DNA of 32,379 nucleotides from an uncultured Bacteroidales bacterium (GTDB taxonomy: Bacteria; Bacteroidota; Bacteroidia; Bacteroidales; Paludibacteraceae). Position numbers and translations under genes: made by a program. Below the pieces are notes generated by a model. That model had not been told where the DNA came from, did no database searches, and saw only the letters and a program-made list of their open reading frames with translations. Of the stretch, positions 1 to 8,909 are shown in pieces. Location of the stretch: assembly GCA_946405045.1 (NCBI GenBank), contig CAMJFV010000001.1:1-32379 (forward strand), written 5' to 3'. How positions within the stretch are numbered: position 1 is the stretch's first letter; every line of letters begins with the position of its first letter.

Positions 1-44
1 TATATCGACCTATTTCAGCCAAATGATGTATATGTCAAACAAAA

Positions 45-572
45 TTAATCCTCCAAATCAGAAGAATCTTTGACATAATCCGTCACAAGATCATGATATA
101 ACGGATCCGCCAACGCACATGGATGTGGTTCTGGTTTTGCAATATCCCGATGGAACTTATCTGCAGCAAATTGACGAAGTGTACGAACACGATGACATTC
201 TGAAATCTTGATCAAATGTTTCATTTCATTCAATCTTGAGATCCGATCGTCAATGTGTTTCGCATCAATATCAAATCTTTCAATCCGCATTTTCAGTTCA
301 CCTTCATGAACGCGGATGTTATGTACAACCGGATCCTTGTCAACACATCTTGGATCATTGGCTATCTGGCACATCTTTTCAATCTGAGCGTTATGATAAT
401 CAGACCATGTTTTCAACTCATCTTTCAGCTTATCAAGCTCATATTGTGCCTCGATGATGTCATCCTCAAGTTGATATATTTTCTGACATTTTCGAAGATC
501 ATAGATGCGACGAATTTCATCAAGTGTTAATTCTTCCAGAACAAGCCGACCTTTTTCATCGGTGGTTATCAT
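45..572 (-). CDS. hypothetical protein, coiled-coil rich (175 aa)
   Basis: Track ORF 45..581 opens on GTG. The in-frame ATG at 572 lies 5 nt after GGGGTGA. Charged heptad-like stretch QLEDDIIEAQYELDKLKDELK. No family recognised. Confidence 0.65.
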   Translation of the reverse strand: MITTDEKGRLVLEELTLDEIRRIYDLRKCQKIYQLEDDIIEAQYELDKLKDELKTWSDYHNAQIEKMCQIANDPRCVDKDPVVHNIRVHEGELKMRIERFDIDAKHIDDRISRLNEMKHLIKISECHRVRTLRQFAADKFHRDIAKPEPHPCALADPLYHDLVTDYVKDSSDLED

Positions 573-592
573 AATGATCACCCCATTCTCAA

Positions 593-985
593 TTATTCAA
601 CAACCATCAGCCGATCGATATAAATGTCAAAGTCTCCATGATGACAATCGCCGTTTGCATAATCTCTTGCATTAATTCGAAGCTGATCCGGCGATGTTGC
701 TCTGAGATTATGTCCGCCAGCAGCTTCGATCCCATATGTTTCGAACACCGCAATCGTCAGGTTTTCTTCAAATCCGAGGAAGATTGCAGCAACACCTTTA
801 TCCATGGCGTCGAGCAATTTTGTTTTTGTCATAGATCCTAGTCTGTGAGATGATAAATCATCCCACAAATCACAATCGATGGAATGGCGTACAGCACTTT
901 CAGTTTTCAACTGGAGTCGGTATGCTTCACCCGGGATGAAAGCATCTTTCACAAATCCAGTCACCTGCGTAATGTATGGTCTCAT
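593..985 (-). CDS. hypothetical protein (130 aa)
   Basis: Track ORF 593..994 opens on GTG 1 nt after the upstream stop. The ATG at 985 follows GAGGTGA by 5 nt. No family recognised. Confidence 0.65.
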   Translation of the reverse strand: MRPYITQVTGFVKDAFIPGEAYRLQLKTESAVRHSIDCDLWDDLSSHRLGSMTKTKLLDAMDKGVAAIFLGFEENLTIAVFETYGIEAAGGHNLRATSPDQLRINARDYANGDCHHGDFDIYIDRLMVVE

Positions 986-995
986 ATATTTCACC

Positions 996-1796
996 TCACT
1001 TCACACGAATGATTTCGATCTTTTCGGATGTAACATCATTCACAGAGAATATCACATTTGTTGCTTTCCGTTCTTTGTCACGATGATCGATTACGACTAC
1101 TTTCAGTTTGGTATTGTACTCACTCTGCTCGAGTACAAATGCATTGTAGTAATAGCCTTTCTTAAACATCATCGGCGGTTGTTTGAGAGCACTGTCATCT
1201 TTGATATAGATTTGGATGAGTGCACCGGGTTCGAGGAATTGCGGATCAAAGATCGGACGGGAGATAATACCATTGTATTTTGAATGTTTCATCTCTTCGT
1301 CGATCTTCTGGGACGCAGCCCATTTATTTCGCATTGCCTCTTGGATCGGAATGTAAAGCCGAGACATGAAATCCCAAAGATATTTGTATCCTTGGGATGA
1401 TGCTGCTTTCAGTTCATCCTCATCCCAGTAATTCAATTTTGGACAATCATTCTCTCGGATACAAATACCTTTGTAACTATCCAAAAGAGAACCGGCTCCG
1501 TTCAACATATTAATGTTTAACATGTTTGCATCTGCACCAGCCGCCCACACATATTCGAGCTGGCACACATAGAGCCCATTATTTTGTATATCAATTCTGA
1601 ATCCTTTCGTCGGATACTCGACAGTGAATGTTATATCTGCATTATCAGTATCATCGTCGTCAAGATTTTCAAATGGTGCATTGAAGAACTTTACCCAGAA
1701 CATCCGAAGTTGATAGAGCTCAGTAATCAATACATTGAGCAACTCATTCGTGCTCAACACTTCCAGACCATCACCGTATTCTTTTTTATCAGACAC
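996..1796 (-). CDS. hypothetical protein (266 aa)
   Basis: GTG at 1796 is the only start before residue 32. It lies about 10 nt after GAAAGGAG and 2 nt after the upstream TAA. Confidence 0.7.
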   Translation of the reverse strand: MSDKKEYGDGLEVLSTNELLNVLITELYQLRMFWVKFFNAPFENLDDDDTDNADITFTVEYPTKGFRIDIQNNGLYVCQLEYVWAAGADANMLNINMLNGAGSLLDSYKGICIRENDCPKLNYWDEDELKAASSQGYKYLWDFMSRLYIPIQEAMRNKWAASQKIDEEMKHSKYNGIISRPIFDPQFLEPGALIQIYIKDDSALKQPPMMFKKGYYYNAFVLEQSEYNTKLKVVVIDHRDKERKATNVIFSVNDVTSEKIEIIRVK

Positions 1797-1798
1797 TA

Positions 1799-2155
1799 TT
1801 ATTTTTCTCCTTTCAATAATAACACTCCCAGAATGGCGAGTTCACCTGATGAGACCTGTTCTGGCTTAATCTGGAAAATTCCCATACGTCGATCGTTTCT
1901 TCCCCAGGCCCCAAATAAATACAAGCAATCCGGATCAACCTGCACAATAGTACCAACGATATTTTCGCCAGCAGCAAGTGCTCGAGTAAATCCGTCGGCG
2001 ATGTATCCAGCGATTCCCATTGTAACAAACGGGATCTGTACACCGGTCGTATTTTGTGTATGAGATGTTACCGCGATAACGTCTCCGGGTTTCAAAACCC
2101 AATCATTGAATTGTGGTTTTGTACACAAGCAATCCAACTTCGTTTCATCAGTCAT
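1799..2155 (-). CDS. hypothetical protein (118 aa)
   Basis: ATG at 2155 is preceded by GAGGAGA. There are 2-nt gaps to both neighbours. Confidence 0.7.
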   Translation of the reverse strand: MTDETKLDCLCTKPQFNDWVLKPGDVIAVTSHTQNTTGVQIPFVTMGIAGYIADGFTRALAAGENIVGTIVQVDPDCLYLFGAWGRNDRRMGIFQIKPEQVSSGELAILGVLLLKGEK

Positions 2156-2157
2156 TG

Positions 2158-3465
2158 TTATATCTCCTCATTATCTTGAATCAGAGTCTCATTGTATAAC
2201 TGACGTTTTACTTCAATGAGCCCTTTCTCAATGTCTTCTGCATGGATCTGAATGTAAACCAGATCATCCATGTCAGCTCTTTTGAATGTAAAGTCGATGA
2301 CCGTGTCACATGCATCTGAACATATTGCATATGTCCATGTTGGAAGCGTTGCATTAACAGCGGTGCTACCTGTGTAGATCATGTGAACCTCGCCTTGGAA
2401 TTCAGGGTGAATGTGCAGACAATAGATATCACCGATCTTAAAGTAATCTTTGTCGAGCACAAATGTCTCCTTTGTCGTGAGACCTGCCGGCGCTGTAATC
2501 GCGGTATCTTGAAACTGGGGCAAGCTCTGATACAATTCGTTATTCAATGTATTGCGAAGAATATTCACAAACGGTTTGAACACTTTGTCTACATTCAAAC
2601 CATCAGCAGCATATTCAAAGCAATAGTCGTCAGGATTCTTGTATAGAATATTGAATCCCTGTTCATATTTAAATCCGGTATCAAATGAATTATATCGGAT
2701 TATGAATTCATGCGGTCCATGTGTATCTGGTACACATGTGAAACTGCAAATTACGAATGTATCGTCATATATAATTCGTGCCACTACATGTTTTGGAGAT
2801 ACATTAATCTCATAACCTAACAAGTTCTCACACTGCGTTGTTGGTAAATAATCCGGAGTAACATATTTTGATCTAAGTTTCTTCAATTCATTGACTGTAT
2901 CTCGGTCAACCAACATGATTTGCATCGCTTTGATCATGCAATCTTGGATATCATGAACTGATAATGTTTTTGACACGTCGTCCATATTCACACTCACTTC
3001 CTCTTCATCAACTGACGATGCTTCCATAAACTTGTGTACAGTATCAGCAATCGCATTTGTCAACACATCAAAGTCTTGGCCTGTTAACACATGATGTGTT
3101 ATATTATCCAGACCAAATCCCGTTTGCTCACTGATAACAACTTCTGTTTTTCCGTCATGGATTTCACAGAAAGGGTCATATTCTGTATATACGCCATTTT
3201 TCAGTTTTCGGAGCGTTATGCGGATATAATCCGTAGCATTCTCATATTCAAGGGAGATGAATATAGACACATAGTCTTTACAGGCTATCGTCTCACTATA
3301 TCTCCACTCGACATAATCTTTGTATGTGACGAGAGAATTGTTTATTCCCGATCTTGTGAAGTACCCCTGTTTGCAATTAGTCTTCTCAACCCACCAGTGA
3401 TCAATGGGTCTGATCACATTGGTGAGTAAAGTTCTCATCTGATCAGTTGTCAGTTTCTTTTCCAT
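2158..3465 (-). CDS. hypothetical protein (435 aa)
   Basis: Long uninterrupted ORF. ATG is preceded by TGGAGGT. It overlaps the end of the upstream gene by 23 nt. No family recognised. Confidence 0.8.
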   Translation of the reverse strand: MEKKLTTDQMRTLLTNVIRPIDHWWVEKTNCKQGYFTRSGINNSLVTYKDYVEWRYSETIACKDYVSIFISLEYENATDYIRITLRKLKNGVYTEYDPFCEIHDGKTEVVISEQTGFGLDNITHHVLTGQDFDVLTNAIADTVHKFMEASSVDEEEVSVNMDDVSKTLSVHDIQDCMIKAMQIMLVDRDTVNELKKLRSKYVTPDYLPTTQCENLLGYEINVSPKHVVARIIYDDTFVICSFTCVPDTHGPHEFIIRYNSFDTGFKYEQGFNILYKNPDDYCFEYAADGLNVDKVFKPFVNILRNTLNNELYQSLPQFQDTAITAPAGLTTKETFVLDKDYFKIGDIYCLHIHPEFQGEVHMIYTGSTAVNATLPTWTYAICSDACDTVIDFTFKRADMDDLVYIQIHAEDIEKGLIEVKRQLYNETLIQDNEEI

Positions 3466-3946
3466 TGTTAACCTCCATTTTGTCCTTCTCTTTTCGAAGA
3501 TATTCTTGGTATTCGGCTTCTCTTAGTAAGTGACAATTCCCGTTTACCAAGTCGCAATAAATTTTGAATAACATATCGCGAAAATCTTTATCATACTGAA
3601 CACCGGGGTGATTCTCGAAATCATATCGAAATTGGATGTCGGTTGTCGTTATCTTAATGACATAATGCTTAAGGATCAACTCATGCATTTTCTCCCAATC
3701 GACTTCACCGCATGGAAGTAACGCTTTGTCGATGCATGCAAATGCATACCCTTCCGAATCGTTATCAGGGTTGATAGTCGCCATGTAGAATTTAGGAAGC
3801 CAATCTTTGATTGACAATATAAATGGTCTTTCACTCTCACACGGCCATGCCAGATTTTGATAGCATCCCACTATGCCATCGACAAAGTCATTATAATGTG
3901 CATCAAATATCTGTTTGATGTGTTCGAGTTTAAGTAATACTTTCAT
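3443..3946 (-). CDS. hypothetical protein, paralog family A member 1 (167 aa)
   Basis: Track ORF opens on TTG at 3955. ATG at 3946 is 9 nt after GAAGGAG and 1 nt after the upstream TAA. C-terminal block IKITTTDIQFRYDF...LFKIYCDLV is shared with 3948..4313 and 4907..5362. Confidence 0.75.
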   Translation of the reverse strand: MKVLLKLEHIKQIFDAHYNDFVDGIVGCYQNLAWPCESERPFILSIKDWLPKFYMATINPDNDSEGYAFACIDKALLPCGEVDWEKMHELILKHYVIKITTTDIQFRYDFENHPGVQYDKDFRDMLFKIYCDLVNGNCHLLREAEYQEYLRKEKDKMEVNNGKETDN

Positions 3947-3947
3947 T

Positions 3948-4313
3948 TTAATCAAGCTCCTTCATTTTACCCTCTGAAATCAATTTTTGTTTGGCTTCAC
4001 CGATTAATCTGTTCATCTTTATGAGATCTTCATAAAGTTTACGAACAGTTTTCTCTGGGACATAACCAAACCACTTTGGGTTGTATCTGAAATCAATTGA
4101 CTCAATGTTGACTTGAATGATCCATGTCAAAATAACTTCATATGGTTCCTGGCATGAATAATCGATCTCAGGCTTTTCACATCCGATATAGTATACACCA
4201 GCTTCCTCAACAACATGAATGTATGGGTTTCCTGTGAGACGAACTAGATCTACGATGTCCTGTCTTCTCAGATGTATCTTCATGTAGTTCCTTGTTCTTA
4301 GCTGTATTGCCAC
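3948..4313 (-). CDS. hypothetical protein, paralog family A member 2 (121 aa)
   Basis: GTG at 4313 lies 6 nt after AAGGAGG. Shares the block VNIESIDFRYNPKWF...KLYEDLI with the other family A members. Confidence 0.7.
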   Translation of the reverse strand: MAIQLRTRNYMKIHLRRQDIVDLVRLTGNPYIHVVEEAGVYYIGCEKPEIDYSCQEPYEVILTWIIQVNIESIDFRYNPKWFGYVPEKTVRKLYEDLIKMNRLIGEAKQKLISEGKMKELD

Positions 4314-4324
4314 GTTATCCCTCC

Positions 4325-4594
4325 TTATGCGAGATATCCATCTAAGATGGAAGCATTTCGCTCAAGTGCTTCAGTACCGATCAGGTTGTCATCAAGAAGT
4401 TTATGAATGTACTCTCGCTGCCAGTCTGTACCAGACGTTTGCCATGTATTCAGTTCATTATGTGTCAGCAACACATCGTACACATGACAATCGTAAAATA
4501 TGCGAATGACATGCGGTGATACAGGGACGACGATGCATTGTTTTCCCCGGAAGATGAACGGTCGAATGAGTTTCTTATGATACACCAGTTCCAT
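4325..4594 (-). CDS. hypothetical protein (89 aa)
   Basis: Track ORF 4325..4633 opens on GTG inside the upstream gene. ATG at 4594 is 8 nt after AAGGGGG. Confidence 0.6.
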   Translation of the reverse strand: MELVYHKKLIRPFIFRGKQCIVVPVSPHVIRIFYDCHVYDVLLTHNELNTWQTSGTDWQREYIHKLLDDNLIGTEALERNASILDGYLA

Positions 4595-4910
4595 ATGGAA
4601 AACCCCCTTCATTATATAAGACAAATTCACCACAGTTGAATCTTACAATCACTTGTTCATCATTGAGTGTCATATATCCGTATGATGCATCATATCCTAA
4701 TTGAATACGACCGATATCCTTTGTTGGGTAATCAATACCATCAATCCTGATATAATCATGTGCAAATATATCAGTTATAAGCTCATCTTCTATTGATGTT
4801 GAACTATTTGTACACGTCCATACCACAAGTGCAGACACACCTGCGATTATCAGTATAGCCAACATCAAGGGAGCTATCTTTTTCAAAAACTTTTTCAAGT
4901 TTCTGGTCAA
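4575..4910 (-). CDS. small membrane-anchored protein (111 aa)
   Basis: TTG start overlaps the upstream TGA (cTTGAcc), with GGTGGTGA upstream. The K-rich N-terminus is followed by one hydrophobic helix, IAPLMLAILIIAGVSALVVW. Confidence 0.6.
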   Translation of the reverse strand: MTRNLKKFLKKIAPLMLAILIIAGVSALVVWTCTNSSTSIEDELITDIFAHDYIRIDGIDYPTKDIGRIQLGYDASYGYMTLNDEQVIVRFNCGEFVLYNEGGFPYGTGVS

Positions 4911-5362
4911 GTCTCTTCACCACCATTCATTTCTTGACTTTTCCTGATTAGTTCATCTTTCCACAGTTCTGTATTTACTTGAACGATTCGCGCATATATT
5001 TTGAACAGGGTATTGACCCATTCTTCATCTAATGCAAAATGTGTGAAGTAATCGGTGTTGTACCTGAAGTCAATTGAATCTGAAGATATTTTAATGATGT
5101 AATTGTCTATACACCACTTCCGAAGATCTTCGATTTCGGCTTCTTTACCACCGATTGCATGAATCCTGGAAGTAATTACGAAACCGGCATCATCATCATA
5201 CATTTCGGCAAGAACCAAATATGGATACTCATGAATTGTCCATAAGGAATGTGCTTTTTCTATATGAAGCTTTGTTACTTCACATAGCATATTTCGTAGA
5301 TAATCACTGTGAAATTGGTCAATGATTTCACATACAATATCTTTCGTAATATACACTTTCAT
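4907..5362 (-). CDS. hypothetical protein, paralog family A member 3 (151 aa)
   Basis: ATGA start/stop overlap at 5359-5362. Carries the block IIKISSDSIDFRYNTDYF...LFKIYARIV. Its N-terminus MKVYITKDIVCEIIDQFHSDY resembles MKVLLKLEHIKQIFDAHYNDF of member 1. Confidence 0.75.
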   Translation of the reverse strand: MKVYITKDIVCEIIDQFHSDYLRNMLCEVTKLHIEKAHSLWTIHEYPYLVLAEMYDDDAGFVITSRIHAIGGKEAEIEDLRKWCIDNYIIKISSDSIDFRYNTDYFTHFALDEEWVNTLFKIYARIVQVNTELWKDELIRKSQEMNGGEET

Positions 5363-5667
5363 GATTCAACACCTTCATCATCGAAGTGAATATTGTGTTC
5401 ATCGATATACTTTTCGATTGTTTCTCTCATAGAATCATCGAAACGTTTATCGAGTTTATGCTGGGTGTCATCATGAAATGAGACCAATTCATCAATCGAA
5501 ACTCTGAACCAGTAATCCCGATAGTATACCCATTTCACGTTGTTATCCGATGGACAAATGGTTGCAATATGACCTCGAACTTCAACCGTCCATGGTTCAC
5601 ATTTCCAATGATTTGTCACATGCATTCGGTGTTTTACTTCCGAAACAATTTGTGCACCATGCATCAT
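5359..5667 (-). CDS. hypothetical protein (about 102 aa)
   Basis: Track ORF 5359..5853 runs through the thyX terminator hairpin and into thyX. The first plausible start after the hairpin is ATGATG at 5667/5664, 9 nt after GAAAGGG. Confidence 0.6.
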   Translation of the reverse strand: MMHGAQIVSEVKHRMHVTNHWKCEPWTVEVRGHIATICPSDNNVKWVYYRDYWFRVSIDELVSFHDDTQHKLDKRFDDSMRETIEKYIDEHNIHFDDEGVES

Positions 5668-5693
5668 ATTACTCATCCCTTTCAAAAAATTGT

Positions 5694-5719
5694 ATATGGG
5701 GCGGTTTCCCGCCCCATAT
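5694..5719 (-). terminator. intrinsic terminator after thyX
   Basis: 11-bp GC-rich stem atatggggcgg/ccgccccatat with a 4-nt loop, 10 nt after the thyX stop. In gene sense it is followed by ACAATTTTTT. Confidence 0.8.
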
Positions 5720-5729
5720 TTTTTATCTT

Positions 5730-6743
5730 TTATTTCAGTCTTCCTTCGGACGCTGCCACAAGCTGCGGATATGCAATTTCCATCAGTTCTTTGAACTGCG
5801 GATGCGGAGCGCCAGTCGTTCCATGCATTCTCAGATTCAGTTTGTGCTGCCACTGAGATTCGAACGAAGCATTCCAGATGTCAGCTTTGATATCATGCGG
5901 AAGTCTTCCACGAGCAGCCTGCGCAGAAATGCCATGCTTAACGAACCACATGTAGGATTCTTCGTCAGCCTTGGTATCCTTCAGCCATCTCTCGTATGCT
6001 TCCGGATTATTGCGGATCTCCGCCATCGGTTCGATGATCGTGAGCTCTCCACCGAACTTCTCGACATCGTATTTGCAGTATCTTGTCGACTCCATTGCGA
6101 ATGTTTCATCATTACGATGTCTTACCAGTTCATGTGTAACACCGCGATTTGTTGTGAACATTACGATGTGCGGGATAATGTCAACCAGATATCTGTCAAA
6201 GTATCCAGATGCTCTGTAATCGGCGATCAGTTCTTCTTTTGTGAAGAACATGAATGGATTTTTTACGTCATCGGCATTCATGTGGTCTGTATCGATCACA
6301 TCCGGTTCAAACTTCGCATGAAGCTTGTCATAAAGATCTTTATAGACCTCGGGATACTTCTGAGCCAAACACCAGATGAGATCCATGAATCCATCATAGT
6401 AATCCATGTCGATCATCCATTCACCGTCGAGCCATTCCTTGTACCAGTCGTAGAATGCCCGGAAGTTACCAACGGCATAATTGCCGACCATATGGATGAA
6501 ATGCGGTCTTGTAGCCTGGAAGAATTCGAGAAAATCGATATCAGTAATCTTCATGTAAAGATAACCGAATTCGATCATCGCGTCGTGACCAGATTTTACC
6601 AGAGATGCAACAAACTTTGCTGCAGAATCTTCTGTGATTTTGTTTTCAGACTTGTAACAAGTCCGTCCCGCTTTCTCGATTACCTGGTACTGAGTCATGC
6701 CTGTGGTGTCCAACAGGTATGCTGCTTGCTTAATGATTTTCAT
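5730..6743 (-). CDS. thyX: flavin-dependent thymidylate synthase ThyX-like, with a large internal insertion (337 aa)
   Basis: The ThyX signature is present as VRHRNDETFAMESTRY, together with the N-terminal AGRTCYKSE and C-terminal AARGRLPHD blocks. ATG at 6743 is 9 nt after AGGAGG. The track start at 6761 places that AGGAGG at codons 2-3 (ATG AGG AGG), so 6743 is preferred. Confidence 0.85.
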   Translation of the reverse strand: MKIIKQAAYLLDTTGMTQYQVIEKAGRTCYKSENKITEDSAAKFVASLVKSGHDAMIEFGYLYMKITDIDFLEFFQATRPHFIHMVGNYAVGNFRAFYDWYKEWLDGEWMIDMDYYDGFMDLIWCLAQKYPEVYKDLYDKLHAKFEPDVIDTDHMNADDVKNPFMFFTKEELIADYRASGYFDRYLVDIIPHIVMFTTNRGVTHELVRHRNDETFAMESTRYCKYDVEKFGGELTIIEPMAEIRNNPEAYERWLKDTKADEESYMWFVKHGISAQAARGRLPHDIKADIWNASFESQWQHKLNLRMHGTTGAPHPQFKELMEIAYPQLVAASEGRLK

Positions 6744-6744
6744 A

Positions 6745-6981
6745 TCAATCGTCCTCCTCATATTCTGATTCCAGATGACTCAGGAATTCAGATTCTTCCT
6801 GGTCAAGCCATTTTGCGATACCTTCGACACACTTCTTCGAAGAAATGGATCTGTTGGGGACTGTGCAGCTTGCCCCATCCTCACCATAGTAAGCACAGTT
6901 CCTGCAATCAACATGATTGATGAACATTGCCAATTGCTCAGTAGGCATCGCATGAAGTGCCGCGCGATTTGTGCGTTTCAT
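6745..6981 (-). CDS. small Cys-rich protein (78 aa)
   Basis: ATGA overlap with the upstream stop at 6978-6981. Cys pattern HVDCRNCAYYGEDGASCTVPNRSISSKKC. Confidence 0.6.
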   Translation of the reverse strand: MKRTNRAALHAMPTEQLAMFINHVDCRNCAYYGEDGASCTVPNRSISSKKCVEGIAKWLDQEESEFLSHLESEYEEDD

Positions 6982-7235
6982 TTTTCGGTTTCCTCTTTTC
7001 GTTCCGTTTTCGCAGGTGTGAGAGGTCCAACGCACTCGACGGCAACATCATAGGCGTTTTTGAAGTTGGCTTCTGTGCCGATGGACTCATCTTTATACTC
7101 AGAGCTCATATCAGCAAACCGAACGGTCCATCCATTCGGTCCTGCATCAATACGTACGGACAGACCACATTCATCCACAAAACGTTCGGTACGTTCAATT
7201 TCAGATACCGGCATCATGCCGAAAAATCTTTTCAT
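6978..7235 (-). CDS. hypothetical protein (85 aa)
   Basis: ATG at 7235 is 9 nt after AAGGAGG. Confidence 0.65.
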   Translation of the reverse strand: MKRFFGMMPVSEIERTERFVDECGLSVRIDAGPNGWTVRFADMSSEYKDESIGTEANFKNAYDVAVECVGPLTPAKTERKEETEK

Positions 7236-7270
7236 TTGATTTGTCCTCCTTATATTTGAATTTAGATATA

Positions 7271-7789
7271 TTAATCTGTGTGAATATCATTGTTCAAGAA
7301 GTCTGTCACACAATTGTTGAGATACCATGTGAGATATTGTGCCGTTTCATAAAGCTGTTCATACTTCGTGTCCTGCGTTTTGATTTTGGAGAACCATCCC
7401 CACATCGAATCGAAGTCATACCGACCGGTCTTGACATCGTTGTCATATGGCAGAAATGTTCTGAGTGTAATGTCTCTAAATGCAAACCATTTTCGATTAA
7501 TACTATCATCAAAGACATTTCTAACATAGAACCGAACAACGGTAATGTCACCATTGTTATCAATCCTTGTTTCCATCTCGCGCAGTTCCATCTTGAAGTT
7601 GGTCAAATCAATTTCGGGAAGATCCATGTACTTGAACGGAGCTTTGTCACGGTTCTTGAGTGCTTTCCACATCCGTTCCATCAGACCGATGAATGAATGA
7701 TGCAATGTTGCGACATCACGATATGAAATGTCGATTGAGCGACCACTCGCATCACCGGTATTCTTTCCCAAAACAATTTTCTTATCCAT
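7271..7789 (-). CDS. hypothetical protein (172 aa)
   Basis: Track ORF extends to 7909 inside the upstream gene. ATG at 7789 follows AGGAGGAAAGAAA and overlaps the upstream stop by 8 nt. Confidence 0.7.
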   Translation of the reverse strand: MDKKIVLGKNTGDASGRSIDISYRDVATLHHSFIGLMERMWKALKNRDKAPFKYMDLPEIDLTNFKMELREMETRIDNNGDITVVRFYVRNVFDDSINRKWFAFRDITLRTFLPYDNDVKTGRYDFDSMWGWFSKIKTQDTKYEQLYETAQYLTWYLNNCVTDFLNNDIHTD

Positions 7790-8078
7790 TTTCTTTCCTC
7801 CTGTATTTGGTGCATTTCCAAACGCATTTCGCAGAAATGCGTTCATCATCAATTTCAGATTTCTTGATCCGAACTTGGATAAGCAAATCCTTGTTACCAA
7901 GGATTGCAAAATCCATCAATTCCTGATCAACATGATAAGCTTCGAAGACCGCCGTGTATACTCCACCGAGTGTCAACTCATCTTCAGCAATGTTATCAGC
8001 TTTCTTGATTGTCTGTAATGTTTCATTATCAAGAAACCGAATGCGGAAAACATCACCGCGATAATGATATTCATTCAT
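7782..8078 (-). CDS. hypothetical protein (98 aa)
   Basis: The ATG at 8087 abuts GGAGG with no spacer. The next ATG, at 8078, is 9 nt after it. Confidence 0.65.
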   Translation of the reverse strand: MNEYHYRGDVFRIRFLDNETLQTIKKADNIAEDELTLGGVYTAVFEAYHVDQELMDFAILGNKDLLIQVRIKKSEIDDERISAKCVWKCTKYRRKENG

Positions 8079-8083
8079 ATTAT

Positions 8084-8731
8084 TCATCCTCCAAAGTTTG
8101 TATAAGGTTTTGTCAAACCCCTGCGTGTAAAGAGCCTGTGGAAATCATTGATACTGATCCTCATTTCGCCAACGCGGATATACTCAATTTTTAGTTCCCT
8201 GAGATATTTGTTTGTATACGGAAACCAACAACCGGGATATGCATCATTCAGTGCAATAGCATCGATCCAATAGAAACCATCTTCTGTTAGCTGATGATCT
8301 CCATCAGCTTCCCAGTCCTTGTAATTGTTTCGCATCTCCATCCAACCAATCTCGAGAGCACCTTCCGACAGAGTTGGAACATACCTCACTCGATCAATCA
8401 ATTGCATCCAATGCGGAAACAATATGACCCTCTTGCATTTCGGACATGTTACTGATGGATATCGATTGTACGGGAAATGATTGATCAACCTGGCATTCAG
8501 TGTTTGAAACATATCGATACTGTTCAATTTGTCGCGAAGACTAGCATCACTGATCGGTGAAGTCTGATGACAGTAGATACACTTCATTGTGAACCGATGC
8601 CTTTCGAATGGCGTCATATAGCTGACATAGGGTGGATACCTGACCGGATCACGACCAGGTATCACTTTCGTGCGGAGTCTTTCAATATCCAGATACACCA
8701 AGATTTTATCCATTTGATTTTGATTATCCAT
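8084..8731 (-). CDS. hypothetical protein with CxxC...CxxC zinc-ribbon-like motif (215 aa)
   Basis: ATG at 8731 is 5 nt after GAGGTGA. Cys pairs CIYCHQ ... CPKCKRV. Confidence 0.7.
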   Translation of the reverse strand: MDNQNQMDKILVYLDIERLRTKVIPGRDPVRYPPYVSYMTPFERHRFTMKCIYCHQTSPISDASLRDKLNSIDMFQTLNARLINHFPYNRYPSVTCPKCKRVILFPHWMQLIDRVRYVPTLSEGALEIGWMEMRNNYKDWEADGDHQLTEDGFYWIDAIALNDAYPGCWFPYTNKYLRELKIEYIRVGEMRISINDFHRLFTRRGLTKPYTNFGG

Positions 8732-8741
8732 CACGATCACC

Positions 8742-8909
8742 TCACACAGCAAACTGAGTTCCATGTTCCATCTGATGAAACTCGACTATAGCTTCGTCTT
8801 CCGTAATATCAATTTTATCAATCACGAAATCCGAATCAAGTCCATTAATGAACTCAGCAGTTGCTTGATTGATATCATTGTGATCATCCTTTTTGATCAC
8901 GTGTGTCAT
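8742..8909 (-). CDS. small acidic hypothetical protein (55 aa)
   Basis: ATG at 8909 is preceded by GAAAGGAGG. It overlaps the end of the upstream gene by 26 nt. Confidence 0.5.
   Translation of the reverse strand: MTHVIKKDDHNDINQATAEFINGLDSDFVIDKIDITEDEAIVEFHQMEHGTQFAV

Noticed and set aside
4575-4910. A possible lipoprotein signal in the membrane-anchored 111-aa protein (…ALVVWTCTNSS).
   Set aside because: The residues before the Cys (V-W-T) do not fit a lipobox (L-[AS]-[GA]-C). A plain signal-anchor helix is more likely.
5550-6920. A 456-aa ORF on the plus strand, the longest plus-strand ORF in the window.
   Set aside because: It is the codon-aligned antisense frame of thyX (both sets of codons start at positions divisible by 3). 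It stays open simply because thyX lacks TTA, CTA and TCA codons. The translation is low-complexity and rich in C/F/H/S, no RBS precedes it, and it also overlaps two other well-supported minus-strand genes. I treat it as a shadow ORF.
7259-7271. A partial match (AATATATCTAAAT in gene sense) to the ATATATCATTA motif in the 35-nt gap before 6978-7235.
   Set aside because: Only 7 contiguous bases match, and the match overlaps the upstream stop codon. It is mentioned as a possible degenerate copy but is not called as a feature.
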